64,000 bases of DNA, from the NCBI GenBank assembly GCA_963677485.1, contig OY781964.1:2784001-2848000 (forward strand), given 5' to 3'. The position numbers and the translations under genes are program-made. The notes under the pieces were generated by a model. That model did no database searches. It saw only the letters and a program-made list of their open reading frames with translations, and had not been told where the DNA came from. This DNA comes from Armatimonadota bacterium. GTDB taxonomy: Bacteria; Armatimonadota; HRBIN16. Positions 19,695-29,856 of the stretch are shown in pieces (the stretch's first letter is position 1; each line of letters opens with the position of its first letter).

Positions 19695-19740
19695 TCGCTT
19701 AGTTTATATCGATACTTATTTATCGATATCTATTTCACGA
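19695..19740. promoter_or_regulatory. Three overlapping 18-bp TCG-N12-CGA boxes upstream of adhE (putative Rex operators)
   Basis: TCGCTTAGTTTATATCGA (19695-19712), TCGATACTTATTTATCGA (19709-19726) and TCGATATCTATTTCACGA (19723-19740). Length and half-sites resemble the Rex consensus TTGTGAA-N4-TTCACAA. Confidence 0.5.
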
Positions 19741-19944
19741 TACCATGTAATGAACGGGTGATGCAACTGGCAGCAGCATTTCTGTTGGGCGAGTATGGGT
19801 AAAATAAGTGGGATTGTACCGATGATACGCAGAAATGATACGCTATGGTCGTTTTAACCGGCTGCTTGTGAGCCGATGCAGACTGGGTAGGTTGGCGTTT
19901 TGGGTGATTGGTTTGGAGCATATAGGCTGTAGCGAAACCCGACG

Positions 19945-20214
19945 CCGCGACATCAATGTCAGTCTATTACCCACAAATACATAACGCACGATAGAGGTCT
20001 TCCGGGCACCCACGAAGTGGGTAGGATTCTTATAGCCAGGGGTGAGCGAAGCGATACCCCTGGAAAAGGGCACACCATCCTTACCCCGAAGTGGGTCGAA
20101 CCTGATGTTTACGGCAACAGACCCACGTTCGTGGGTAGATGGTGTCAGGCAATCCCCCACGGGTTGCGCTTCGCTTCCCCGTGGCTACAAGAATCTTACC
20201 CACTTCGTGGGTGC
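19945..20214. repeat. Family C end motif followed by a REPIN-like long inverted repeat
   Basis: 19945-19979 is the reverse complement of 16039-16073. GCACCCACGAAGTGGGTAGGATTCTTATAGCCA...(20006-20063) pairs with ...TGGCTACAAGAATCTTACCCACTTCGTGGGTGC (20157-20214). Confidence 0.75.
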
Positions 20215-20301
20215 TGGACACCGCATTGACACAGATTTGGCCGGTCTAGATCATAACAGGTAATCCAATTTAGGTATGTAGATAATGCCGTGCAGTCCTC
20301 A

Positions 20302-20931
20302 TTATTCATACTGCTTCAGCATCAACGCCCCGAAGTTGTGTACCTTGGCGGCGATGATCAACAGCAGCAGTCCAAAAATGATGCCGTATGGGGCGATCAG
20401 CCAATCCATATGGAGAGTCGCGGCGTCATGTTTTACCAGCAGCATCGCGCCAAAGATGATGGAGGAGATCCCGAAGAGCACAAACACCCACTCTCCATAC
20501 ACCTCCGACTGGAGGCTGATCTTGTAAACATCCGAGCGCAGATAGAGCGTGGCGATCACTTCAAGAATACCTGTGGCGATGGCCCAGATTGCGACGTAGG
20601 ATAACAGCAGCATAGCCGTTTTGCCGGGGGCAATGAGTGTCAGTGCGCCGACGGCGAGGCTGATCACTCCCCAGACGAAGATGATCCACCAGTAGTGTTG
20701 GCCCTGCAATCCCGCCATGGCGGTGGCGATACCAAGAATTCCATCTACCAGGGTGTAGGCGCCGAACAGCAGCATCAGGGGGGTGATGGTATCATTTGGC
20801 AGGCACCACGCCATCACGCCGAACATGATGGCCAGCAGACCACGGGACAGCAAGACGGCCCATGATTTATACAGTGTGGCGATTAGGGGGTAATTCCTGG
20901 GATCCGTTCTGGGGTTAATTCTTCGCTTCAT
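20302..20931 (-). CDS. HdeD/DUF308 family membrane protein
   Basis: W..LL.RGLLAI.FG..A...P......L.LLFGAY.LVDG pattern with six TM helices; ATG 20931 has a GGAG RBS (ORF track 20967). Confidence 0.85.
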   Translation of the reverse strand: MKRRINPRTDPRNYPLIATLYKSWAVLLSRGLLAIMFGVMAWCLPNDTITPLMLLFGAYTLVDGILGIATAMAGLQGQHYWWIIFVWGVISLAVGALTLIAPGKTAMLLLSYVAIWAIATGILEVIATLYLRSDVYKISLQSEVYGEWVFVLFGISSIIFGAMLLVKHDAATLHMDWLIAPYGIIFGLLLLIIAAKVHNFGALMLKQYE

Positions 20932-21053
20932 ATTACACTCCGTTTGGTTAAGTATCGTGAAGCCCAAGAGTCGTATTGCGGACCGAACTACAGCCTTACA
21001 TGGTCACAATTTGATGATAACACGTGTTAGCAGATTTGTACACAAGCACCCAT

Positions 21054-21163
21054 TCACGCGAAGACGCGAAGGGCTGACGCACAACGCGAATACGCAAGGG
21101 TGCAAGGACGCAAGGAGGAGTAAAGATGCCTGGATTATCCACGATTGGACACGAATGCAGAAT
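21054..21163. repeat. Triplet repeat modules
   Basis: TCACGCGAAGACGCGAAGGG, AACGCGAATACGCAAGGGTGCAAGGACGCAAGG and ATCCACGATTGGACACGAAT. Confidence 0.7.
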
Positions 21164-21292
21164 GGTTCACGCTAGGTTGGCCACAATCCTGGCGCGCGTG
21201 CTCTGAAGAAGGTGCAGCGATTCGGTGTCCAGATAGACACCAAATTGAATACCCGAGTGGTGCAGAGCCTCTCGCTTCGGACTGGTTTTCGC

Positions 21293-22507
21293 CTACGGCG
21301 CCATTGTGAGCGTCCACTGCCAATCCCGGCGTGCGGTCGCATCGATGCGAGCTCGCTCCTTCTCTTGAATCGACTTGTCCATGTCCTTGAGCAGTGCCTG
21401 ACGCTCGGCTTCGCCCCCCTTGGGTACGTCCCATAGGCTCGTTCGCCAGCGCTTGAAGTAGAGCTCCTCCTGCTCACTGGAGATACGATTCACCTTTTCG
21501 CCGAGGATCTGCCACGGGCCGGGCATCGTGGCCAGATTCACACCCGCCTCAAGATCGTTCGCGGAGAACGTTCCGATGTCTATGCCTTGGACTACCAGCT
21601 TCCAGTTGCCCGTTTTGAGTCCAGCGATGCTAAGCGGGTAGTAATCCAGTTCTTGTATGATCGGGAAGAACGCGAATGTCGCCGACGCATCCGAGTCGAA
21701 GCTCGTGGGAAGCGCCGCATCGATGCGGGTGAAGCTCACGGTATTTGCCAGAATCTTCAGGCCGAAGATCTTACAGCGGTCGGCACGAATTCTTCCGTTT
21801 CGAGCATCGATCTTCAGTCCCGAAGGTTGCTCATCACATCCCATCGCCCTCAGCAGACCGTATGCCATTATCGCATGGCCGGAATCGTTGGGGTGAATTT
21901 GATCCGGGATCATCATGAACTTCGGATCCAACGCCAAGGCCCTATTCCGGATATCTAACATAAGGGAGTGGATGTCATAGACCGGCACGTGCTCGCTAGC
22001 CGCAAGGTTGGCTACCCCCTTGGCAAACAGACCAAGTGTAGCATTGTATCTGGAGGCCGGGTTGCGGGCTTGCACACAGCCGGGAGTAAGCAACACTACC
22101 TTCGCTCTAGCCTTCTTAAGCTCGGTAACCAGACCAGTCATGCCGGTCATGTATTCCTTGAAACCAGCCAGATCAAAATCCTTGTAGCCAGCATCGTTCA
22201 TGCCGAAGCAAATGCTGACCACGTTTGGTTTGAGTGCCAGAACATCCCGCTGCAACCGTCCAAGTCCGCCCGGCGCGGTGTCACCGCTCCACCCTGCGTT
22301 GCGGAACGTGATATCCGAACCCGGATACCGCAGTGTAAAGTAGTTCATCACGTAGCGCGAGTAGATGAGCTGCTGAGTGATACTGTCCCCGAGAAACACC
22401 ATCCGCTCACCCTGCCTAAGCAACGGCTTCGCATACAAACCAGCGTCACAAGCAAGCAAGGCCACCATCACGACCGCGCAGATCGCAGAACGTCTCATTA
22501 GGTTCAT
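21293..22507 (-). CDS. SGNH/GDSL hydrolase (secreted esterase)
   Basis: FLGDSIT, NAGWSGD, FGMND and PDQIHP blocks; signal peptide; ATG 22507 after AGGAGG (ORF track 22564). Confidence 0.88.
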   Translation of the reverse strand: MNLMRRSAICAVVMVALLACDAGLYAKPLLRQGERMVFLGDSITQQLIYSRYVMNYFTLRYPGSDITFRNAGWSGDTAPGGLGRLQRDVLALKPNVVSICFGMNDAGYKDFDLAGFKEYMTGMTGLVTELKKARAKVVLLTPGCVQARNPASRYNATLGLFAKGVANLAASEHVPVYDIHSLMLDIRNRALALDPKFMMIPDQIHPNDSGHAIMAYGLLRAMGCDEQPSGLKIDARNGRIRADRCKIFGLKILANTVSFTRIDAALPTSFDSDASATFAFFPIIQELDYYPLSIAGLKTGNWKLVVQGIDIGTFSANDLEAGVNLATMPGPWQILGEKVNRISSEQEELYFKRWRTSLWDVPKGGEAERQALLKDMDKSIQEKERARIDATARRDWQWTLTMAP

Positions 22508-22632
22508 TTCTTCCTCCTGAAGATCGTTTTTAATGCACGGTCGTAAGCAAAGGGTCGGCGCCAAAACCAGCCCCTACTCTGACCACACTTTCAACTTTTC
22601 ACTTTGGGTTACGACTGCCCCCTACTGAGGCT

Positions 22633-22800
22633 TCACAACCCGTTAGGCTTGAACCCGCGTAGGTTTATGTCAATCGTGTCGATCGCGAAGTAATAGCGAT
22701 TCCCCAGGTTGCGTTTTCCGCCAACGCCAACCGCAATGGTATGGTTACCGGGACCAGGATCAGTCGCGACCCCGGCAGGCTTGCAGTAACTATGGTGGCA
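22633..22800 (-). pseudogene. Possible remnant of a beta-sandwich carbohydrate-binding C-terminal domain
   Basis: PGNHTIAVGVGGKRNLGNRYYFAIDTIDI resembles the end of the GH127 gene in this window (GPHTLTMTVLPSKSADSKGTFVNIAGLTV); no intact upstream frame. Confidence 0.3.
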
Positions 22801-23330
22801 ATCTGCTGCGCTCACGGATGTCCATCCGACCATAGCTTGTCGGCGATCTCTTGCTGGAGACGAACCCGCGACCCACAGCTCATAGCTCGAGTTCTGGGAA
22901 GCACGATAGGAAATCGATTAAGTCTTATAGTTATTTTTGATAGTTCAGGCCTTACATTTACGACGACGATCGCCTTCTTGAGGTTCCGGGAGCGTCTGTT
23001 CAGTTCTCCGGGAAAAATCTACTCCAGTAGCCCTGTGTAGCGAGGCACGAGCGTATCGAAGAGTAGCCAATCCTCGACCGTGCTTCATTCCCGCCGTCGC
23101 TGGTGATAAAACCATCTTCCTCATCCGCGCGAAGTTGCGAGCCTGATAGCTCGGATGGTCGGCACATCTCATTCGTTTGACCGGAGTTCAACTCATCTCG
23201 TCACAATATGCATTGATCAGTACTATGTACGGCGAAGCCTTTCCGACGGCATTCAGAACTGTAACAGTAGCCATGCAGCCTAATTCCGGCGCGGTCTGGC
23301 GGTTCGCCCCATCATCAATGCGCCAATTGG

Positions 23331-23460
23331 CTGCAGGTTTGGTCACCCACACCGTTACGAACCGCGGAGCTGAAGGTCCTGGGCAGCGCCGTTGCGGGTT
23401 CCTGCACCGCACGGCTGATTGATTGCGGCTGGTGTCGATTCGCTCGGTTTGCGCAGGGAA
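23331..23460. repeat. Degenerate copy of part of the structured element at 63.8-63.96 kb
   Basis: Shares GTCACCCACAC, GGAGCTG, TGCGGGTTCCTGCACCGCACGGCTGAT and GTCG.TTCGCTC...GCGCAGGGA with 63824-63957. Confidence 0.7.
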
Positions 23461-23696
23461 TATAGTATGGCATTTCGGTCGACACGCATATTCATGACCT
23501 CAGTCAGCACGAGGGTGAACCGATATGATTTTGTCGACACATAGGGGTATTATGAAGATGCTCTTAACGGATTGGCGTAAGGCCAATTCGGAAGGGGATG
23601 CTGCTATGATGACCCAAAAAATACCATTATTAAGCTGTGGAGTTAACTCATGCTTGCTAGCTACCCGGCCTATAGAACGGAGCCGACATCAACGCC

Positions 23697-24188
23697 ATGG
23701 TAGATGCAAAGTGTTACAAAATAGTGAACAGTATCTCTGTTAAGATGGCGGTATATGCCAAGTGCATTGTGGGTATAGCACTTATGCTCTACTTGATGCT
23801 TGTGTTATCTCCATCGGCATTCAATCCCGTTCTATTGACCTTTTTGGTGTTTTGGATATTGATGGGAGGACCCCTGACACTTATTGCCCCCCTCACAACA
23901 TGTATATTTATCACTCACCGAGGTATCAGTCTGGTGACAGCGTCTACACGACAATACCAACCTACCATTAGTTGGGAGCAACTGATAGAGGTAGAAATAC
24001 ATCGTAGTCACGCATCTGGTATCAGCAAAGTTGTGGTATACGGACAATATGAGCCACAGAAAAATGGCCAGACTACTACATTACGGAAGAGGATCGTGAT
24101 CCCCGGGAACCATCCCGATATCCTGCGGATCGTGAATGATATACGCGAAATTGCACCGGATAAGTTCAGTGATATTAATGACAAATAA
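23697..24188 (+). CDS. Hypothetical membrane protein (2 TM + possible bacterial PH-like domain)
   Basis: Two hydrophobic helices followed by ITHRGI...ISWEQLIEV; lower GC; overlaps the next gene. Confidence 0.55.
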   Translation: MVDAKCYKIVNSISVKMAVYAKCIVGIALMLYLMLVLSPSAFNPVLLTFLVFWILMGGPLTLIAPLTTCIFITHRGISLVTASTRQYQPTISWEQLIEVEIHRSHASGISKVVVYGQYEPQKNGQTTTLRKRIVIPGNHPDILRIVNDIREIAPDKFSDINDK

Positions 24189-25278
24189 TACCATAGTGAC
24201 CGACAAAAATCCAAACATGGCGATCCGTGAAGCTTTACGCCGGATGATCCCACTGCTGTGTGTTCTGGCTGCGGTGTGGTGTGCCTTCAAACCAGGGTAT
24301 ATGGTCACCGTGCACCCGGTGCCTTTGGCTATGCTCATCCCCGTAAGGCCAGGGGATGCCGAACGCACGAAACTGATCACTGCTGCTAAAAATGGAGAGC
24401 TGAGTCCGGGGCAGTCATTGCAAGCGTGGACGTTAGTGTGGAAGCGAAACAAATTCGTTAAGGGGCATCCAAACGAATGGCAAGCCATCGTCAGCCAGAT
24501 CAACAGAGATGCTGATGGTCACATAGATATCCCGCTCAACACCATCCCTACTCCCAGATATAGTTTTACCAAGGTATCGGTTGACACCGCGATGATGGTG
24601 GATATGTCGTATCGGCTGAGGAAGCTGGTTCCGTTCTGGCTGCTTGGTGCGTTGTTAGTTTATGTTCTCATCCCCTGGCCTCCAAAGAATTCAGATATAG
24701 TATTCGGGCGTAAACGATGGGGCAGCATCATTTTGCCGGACTGGGTTGGTTTGATGCTCACTGGGTGCTTTATGGTTTTGGTCATCCCTGCTGTTACAGG
24801 ATATTCCATATACCCAGCTCCGATGCCTGGACTTCAATGGAGTTTGATGTATATATTGTCGGGGACGAGTTTCTTGGTAGTAGCTTGGTACAATGGCTGT
24901 ACTTATGTGAGGCTTACAAATCAGCAGCTTGAACTCCGATCACCAAGAGGTATGGAAGCTGTCGCTTATGACCAGATTGAAAGCATTGAATTATGCCAAA
25001 TTACCGCCCCAGGGTGGGTTCAGTGGATTGCTCTTGTCATGGTGCCCTTTACTTTATGTACGGTAATGTACACCCGTAAGCAGCTTCTTGAGACACGGTC
25101 CGGAGCGATAATCACCATGAGAAATGGCGATGCGAAACGCTGTGTGCTAGATAACATAGTTGCCTACGACGAACTGTTAAAGTTGCTACAGACCAAATCA
25201 AACTGTAAGCTTATTGGATTTGATCTGCAATGCCTGGCATTACTGCGAAGCAAAGGATTCACCATGGGGCCAATCTAG
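24178..25278 (+). CDS. Hypothetical multi-pass membrane protein
   Basis: Several TM segments and an LTNQQLELR...VAYDQIESI PH-like segment; ATG 24178 (ORF track 24136). Confidence 0.65.
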   Translation: MTNNTIVTDKNPNMAIREALRRMIPLLCVLAAVWCAFKPGYMVTVHPVPLAMLIPVRPGDAERTKLITAAKNGELSPGQSLQAWTLVWKRNKFVKGHPNEWQAIVSQINRDADGHIDIPLNTIPTPRYSFTKVSVDTAMMVDMSYRLRKLVPFWLLGALLVYVLIPWPPKNSDIVFGRKRWGSIILPDWVGLMLTGCFMVLVIPAVTGYSIYPAPMPGLQWSLMYILSGTSFLVVAWYNGCTYVRLTNQQLELRSPRGMEAVAYDQIESIELCQITAPGWVQWIALVMVPFTLCTVMYTRKQLLETRSGAIITMRNGDAKRCVLDNIVAYDELLKLLQTKSNCKLIGFDLQCLALLRSKGFTMGPI

Positions 25279-25306
25279 CCGCTTGTTTTGGTTAAAGGGG
25301 GAGCTC

Positions 25307-25434
25307 AACGCAAAGACGCAGAGGTGCAAGGACGCAAGGGTATGTGACCGCGCCGGTTTTTCAGAGCACTTACAATCGCCATACGGCCCATCTCCAACGC
25401 GGTCTGGCTTGTAGGGGCGATTCGCGAATCGCCC
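25307..25434. repeat. Triplet module plus GTAG-REP
   Basis: AACGCAAAGACGCAGAGGTGCAAGGACGCAAGGG (25307-25340) and GTAGGGGCGATTCGCGAATCGCCC (25411-25434). Confidence 0.7.
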
Positions 25435-25468
25435 TTCCTGCGCCGGAGGTTTTATCACCCACCCGCTC

Positions 25469-26740
25469 CTACTTCTTCAGATACAGCAGCATCCCCTGGC
25501 CAGGGGCGAGGAAGCGGTTCTCACCAGAGAACTCTATGTCGATGCCGCGGTAGGCGTTGACGCTCATCACGGTACCGGTATCGTTGAAGCTGGGGTTGAA
25601 GTATGTGCTGTTGGTCAGGTTCTTGTTCACCACCATGATGTAAGGGGTTCGATCCGGCCCCACAAACTCACCTACCAGCAGGTCTTTACCCTCAATCGCC
25701 TTGAGGTGATGGCTGCTATCTAGCCCTCTGCACCCGAGTGGAACGTTGGGGGTATGGAATACATTCACGCTCTTCAGCTTCAGGTATGAGGGTGCCAGCC
25801 GGTGAATCTGCAAGTTGGCCATGCGGATGTGTTCCCAGGTCAGGGTTCTACGGCCAAACTGGTCAATCGCCGCCAACCGATAACTACCGATGGGCGGGGT
25901 GTAGTAAGTGAAGTATGCCAGCCCCTTCACACCATACGCCAGGCTGGTATACATTTGCAGGTATATAGTGGCCTGACTGGGCTCAGCATATTCAAAGTGG
26001 GCTGTTCCTAACACGATATTCCAGAAGGGGAGTTGATACTGCAGTGCCTTAGCCCGCATCGCCTCCAGATTGGAGTAATAGCGGTCCGCATCCAGACCGC
26101 GGCCCTCGAACAATGAGTAGTTATCGTAACTTAGGAATGCGGGTCGGCACTGCTGCACGAATTGGTCGATGTAGTCGTCGTAACTATCAGCACCCAGTTG
26201 TTCATTTGTGGCATAGTTGGGCAGCAGATTGATGTATGGCAGTTTGCTATTATCCGCGGCTCGAATAGCTTTGGCGGCTTTAGCCAGCCGCGGGAAGGCA
26301 CTGGTATGGGGTTCATCTATGATGTAGATACCCAGCAATGCGGGGTCGTTCTTGTATGGTGTTAAAAACTTCGCAGCCGCTGTCAGTGCTTCTGCATCGC
26401 TCATCGTGTCGGTGATCGGGCTTCCGGTTGCGATGACGGATAGACCGTATTTACGGGCATACTTGACCGTATCTATACTGGCAAAGCCCGTGGTATTGAA
26501 GCCACATTCCCAGAGGTCCTTCATAGCAGCATCCAATTTCGGCACGCCGTCCCAAAAAGCGTTCGGCCAGAAACTGCCGGTCTTATTCAGTTCAGGCATT
26601 CCACCCCAGGGCATAATGACGAACTCCTGCGCACTCACCCGGCCTTTCGTATACATCGGGTTAGCCTCTTTAGCCGCTTGCGCGCCGACGGTCATACTCG
26701 CGAGCATCAAGCCGCACAGCAGCAGTGTTCGTAGATGCAT
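25469..26740 (-). CDS. Secreted putative glycoside hydrolase (clan GH-A-like TIM barrel)
   Basis: Signal peptide; GIYIIDEP, YINLLPNY, LSYDNY and SLAYGVKGLAYFTY; ATG 26740 after AAGGAG. Confidence 0.7.
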   Translation of the reverse strand: MHLRTLLLCGLMLASMTVGAQAAKEANPMYTKGRVSAQEFVIMPWGGMPELNKTGSFWPNAFWDGVPKLDAAMKDLWECGFNTTGFASIDTVKYARKYGLSVIATGSPITDTMSDAEALTAAAKFLTPYKNDPALLGIYIIDEPHTSAFPRLAKAAKAIRAADNSKLPYINLLPNYATNEQLGADSYDDYIDQFVQQCRPAFLSYDNYSLFEGRGLDADRYYSNLEAMRAKALQYQLPFWNIVLGTAHFEYAEPSQATIYLQMYTSLAYGVKGLAYFTYYTPPIGSYRLAAIDQFGRRTLTWEHIRMANLQIHRLAPSYLKLKSVNVFHTPNVPLGCRGLDSSHHLKAIEGKDLLVGEFVGPDRTPYIMVVNKNLTNSTYFNPSFNDTGTVMSVNAYRGIDIEFSGENRFLAPGQGMLLYLKK

Positions 26741-26796
26741 GTTTTTCTCCTTCATCGTAATCATAACCCACCACTTTTTCAGCGGGACGTCGACAT

Positions 26797-29700
26797 CTAC
26801 TTGATGATGTATATCCCCGTATCATACTGCCCGATCTTCACCGTGAAGCGGGTGAGGTCCTCACCTATCACCGCCCCTGTGAAGGCATCGGTCACCTTCG
26901 CCGGCTTCGGCAACACCACTGTCCGCTCCGCCGTGCTGCTGCCGTGCAGGCCGATGGTGTTGGGTCCGATGTAGATCGGCTGGTCGTCCTCGCTATACAC
27001 CGGTATGCCGGCCAGTTTAGCGATCCCACGGATCATCGCAGGGTTCAGGTGCGGTGCCGCCGAATAAACCGAGTTCCAAGAGGGATACCTCTTTACAACG
27101 GCACCCGGCTGTCCTGCCAGTTCTACGGGCGAACTCAAGTTACCAATCACCTCTGCCTGCGCATCGGTGGGGAGTATGATTGGGCCGAAAGCACCCTCAC
27201 TACCGTAGGGATTACCTGAACCCGCCTCCGGTGTGACGGTCACGATACCGGATACTTTGCTGAGCGTCAGCTTGATGCCGGTCAACGAACTACTGTTCTT
27301 GACGTCCAATGTGTCGGTGGCGATGCCGGGAGCCCACACCCAGGCCAGCACACGCCCGTCAGATTTCAGGTTGGCCTCAATCCAGGCGCGTGTGCTCTGA
27401 GGAAGGTGCATCGAATCGAGGAACAGGTAGGCCTTGTACTTGGGCATTTTGGGGTTACCAAGGTCGCTGTCCAGGTAGACATCAAACTGAACTCCTGAGC
27501 GGTGCAGTGCCTCGCGTTGTAGGTAGACTGCAGAACGCAGCGGCTCAGTGAGCAGGCTGGTATAGGGGGCGGCACTGTCGCTGACGATCACCGCTAAGCG
27601 GTTGCCGTCCAAAGCGTTGGGGGTGTTCTGGGCATCGAAGGTCAGTGAGGCCATTTTCTGGATGTCCGGCATCAGTATTTTGCTGCCTTCATACCACGGC
27701 AGGCTGAAGCAGTACCAGTACACTGGTGATCCCGCTGCGGTATACATAGCCCATTCCCGCCGAAGCACACCAATCGTCTGCTGCTCGGTTTCGTTTCGTC
27801 CAAACCCGGCTCCGGCGGCTGACAAATGAGTGCGGATGTCGGCTTGATCGATCCATATTTTATTGTGCAGGCGCATCGATGCGATGGCACTCATATAGCC
27901 GCCGGTACCGCCAGCTTGCCGGTTTTGGTACGAGGTGGGTGACATTAGGTAATCCACATTTTTGCTGTTGAGGATGTTCGCCAAGCCGAAGTGACCCGTG
28001 TGCTGCGTACAGTAACCACTGTAGAACTGCTCTTGAACATAGCCATAGAACGCCCCTGCAAGCTTCTTGTGGTGTGTCTCCCGCTTCACGATGCTGCAGA
28101 AGTAGTCCACCGTGCCGGATGTCAGGTCGCTCATGAACTCGGTGTAATCAATCACCGGCTGCTCGCTCTTGGGGTCGCGGAGGCTGCCGTTCTCGGATTT
28201 GGCCCGCATCTCGGGAGTGGGGATCGCAACACTGGCGAGGGTGACAGTCTGGTCATTCCATGCCGATTTTAGCCGTGCATCGGTCTGGTATCGCCCCTTC
28301 AACCAGGCGCTGAATCGACGGCGGGTCGGTTTGCTGTAGTCCAGGAACAGGCTATCCTGACCGCCATGATACATCCACTCATAACTTCCGCCAGCGCAAG
28401 GCTGATATCCGACGATGCGGTCGGCATACGGCGAGTTTTCAAGGTGCCGTATGAACTTCGCCATCGCCTCTCCTGCCTCTTTACGCCACAACTCAGAGGA
28501 GAAGCTGACGGTCTGGTGACCGTAACGCTCAAACACCTTGCCGTTGATATCCTGGCAGAGCTCCTCAGGATGCTGCTTCTGCCACCAGTCACCCTCAGGT
28601 GAGGTCATCGGTGCCGCCAGATCGACGTAGAACCACGGGATGACGCGGGCCTGGGGGTCATCCTCAAAAAGCTCCGCCAGCATGGTGTTCGTCAGGGTGT
28701 AGTCATACTCGTTGTTACCTACCCAGCCCATCTGGCGGGTCTCAAGGTAGTACAGGTGGATGTTCGCGTTGCCAAACAGCCGCACCTGTGCACGGTTGTC
28801 GGATTCATACATATATCCCATCATGGGCAGCGGCTTATCACCCTCGAAAATCTGCGGGGTGCCGTTGTGTGTCCGCACGGTGTAGCTTTGCTGGATGGTC
28901 TGACGGGCTGTCACTTCGACACTTCCCATGATGTTTTTCGCACGACCTTTCAGTTGATACATGGGCATATACAGCACCACATCATGCTTGCCAGGCCAAA
29001 TACGCTCCGGCAGCTTCATCTTTACTGGCCCGATTGAGTTGATTTTCCCTTGAACCCATTTGGATGGATTGAGCTTCACCCTGGACACAACCGTGCCCTG
29101 CCTGACCAGCCGAAGTTCGCACGGCTGTGTGACCGCACTGTATGGTTTGATCTTCAAACTCACGCTGATCGACTGCCCGGGTTTGGCGGTCTTGGGCACC
29201 GATGCCGCTAATAACTCGACCGGCTTCAGATCTGGGGATACTACGCTGATGGTGTCGATCTTCACCGTCACCCGCTCGCCTACTGTGTAGTCGCTCAGCA
29301 CAGCGACGATCTGTGTGGTGGGGAAGTCGAGCACACCGTCGTCGTCTTTACTCCAGGGGGCCAGCACACATTTCTCCATCGGGAAGCTGACATAGTGCCA
29401 CTCGCCATCGGTCGCCAAGGGAATGGCGGGGATATTGTAGATGCTGCCGTCTGCCTCTACCAGGTTCAGCGACAAGGAGACCTTATTCCGGCCCACATTT
29501 TGAACCCAGACACCCAGTGATGCGACCGGTGCGTGGACGGCGGCGTCTGTCCATACGTCGGCGCCTCCCAATTTCGGCACGAAGTCCATCTTCATACAAC
29601 TGCCTGTATGCCCGCTGGGGTCCACACTCATTTTCCAGTCGGCATACTCCTCGGCCATACGGGGAGCATCGCGACTGGTTCCCCAGGCACGCAGCGTGTC

Positions 29701-29829
29701 GAAACTGTCGATGATGGTGGTTTCGGGGGCGGCACCCAAGGGTACCGCGGCGGATAACAGTGTCATTCCCAGAAGTGCTGATAGTATGCGGCAGCCGGTC
29801 TTTACGTGTGCGATCATTTTATGATCCAT
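26797..29829 (-). CDS. Secreted GH42-like beta-galactosidase-type protein with N-terminal carbohydrate-binding domain
   Basis: SFSSELWR, RIVGYQPCAGGSYEWMY, DYSKP...F.AWLK.RY.T...L..AWN; C-terminal trimerisation-like domain; paralogue of the next gene. Confidence 0.75.
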   Translation of the reverse strand: MDHKMIAHVKTGCRILSALLGMTLLSAAVPLGAAPETTIIDSFDTLRAWGTSRDAPRMAEEYADWKMSVDPSGHTGSCMKMDFVPKLGGADVWTDAAVHAPVASLGVWVQNVGRNKVSLSLNLVEADGSIYNIPAIPLATDGEWHYVSFPMEKCVLAPWSKDDDGVLDFPTTQIVAVLSDYTVGERVTVKIDTISVVSPDLKPVELLAASVPKTAKPGQSISVSLKIKPYSAVTQPCELRLVRQGTVVSRVKLNPSKWVQGKINSIGPVKMKLPERIWPGKHDVVLYMPMYQLKGRAKNIMGSVEVTARQTIQQSYTVRTHNGTPQIFEGDKPLPMMGYMYESDNRAQVRLFGNANIHLYYLETRQMGWVGNNEYDYTLTNTMLAELFEDDPQARVIPWFYVDLAAPMTSPEGDWWQKQHPEELCQDINGKVFERYGHQTVSFSSELWRKEAGEAMAKFIRHLENSPYADRIVGYQPCAGGSYEWMYHGGQDSLFLDYSKPTRRRFSAWLKGRYQTDARLKSAWNDQTVTLASVAIPTPEMRAKSENGSLRDPKSEQPVIDYTEFMSDLTSGTVDYFCSIVKRETHHKKLAGAFYGYVQEQFYSGYCTQHTGHFGLANILNSKNVDYLMSPTSYQNRQAGGTGGYMSAIASMRLHNKIWIDQADIRTHLSAAGAGFGRNETEQQTIGVLRREWAMYTAAGSPVYWYCFSLPWYEGSKILMPDIQKMASLTFDAQNTPNALDGNRLAVIVSDSAAPYTSLLTEPLRSAVYLQREALHRSGVQFDVYLDSDLGNPKMPKYKAYLFLDSMHLPQSTRAWIEANLKSDGRVLAWVWAPGIATDTLDVKNSSSLTGIKLTLSKVSGIVTVTPEAGSGNPYGSEGAFGPIILPTDAQAEVIGNLSSPVELAGQPGAVVKRYPSWNSVYSAAPHLNPAMIRGIAKLAGIPVYSEDDQPIYIGPNTIGLHGSSTAERTVVLPKPAKVTDAFTGAVIGEDLTRFTVKIGQYDTGIYIIK

Positions 29830-29856
29830 CCGCGGATATGGTTCTGTGTTCGGATT

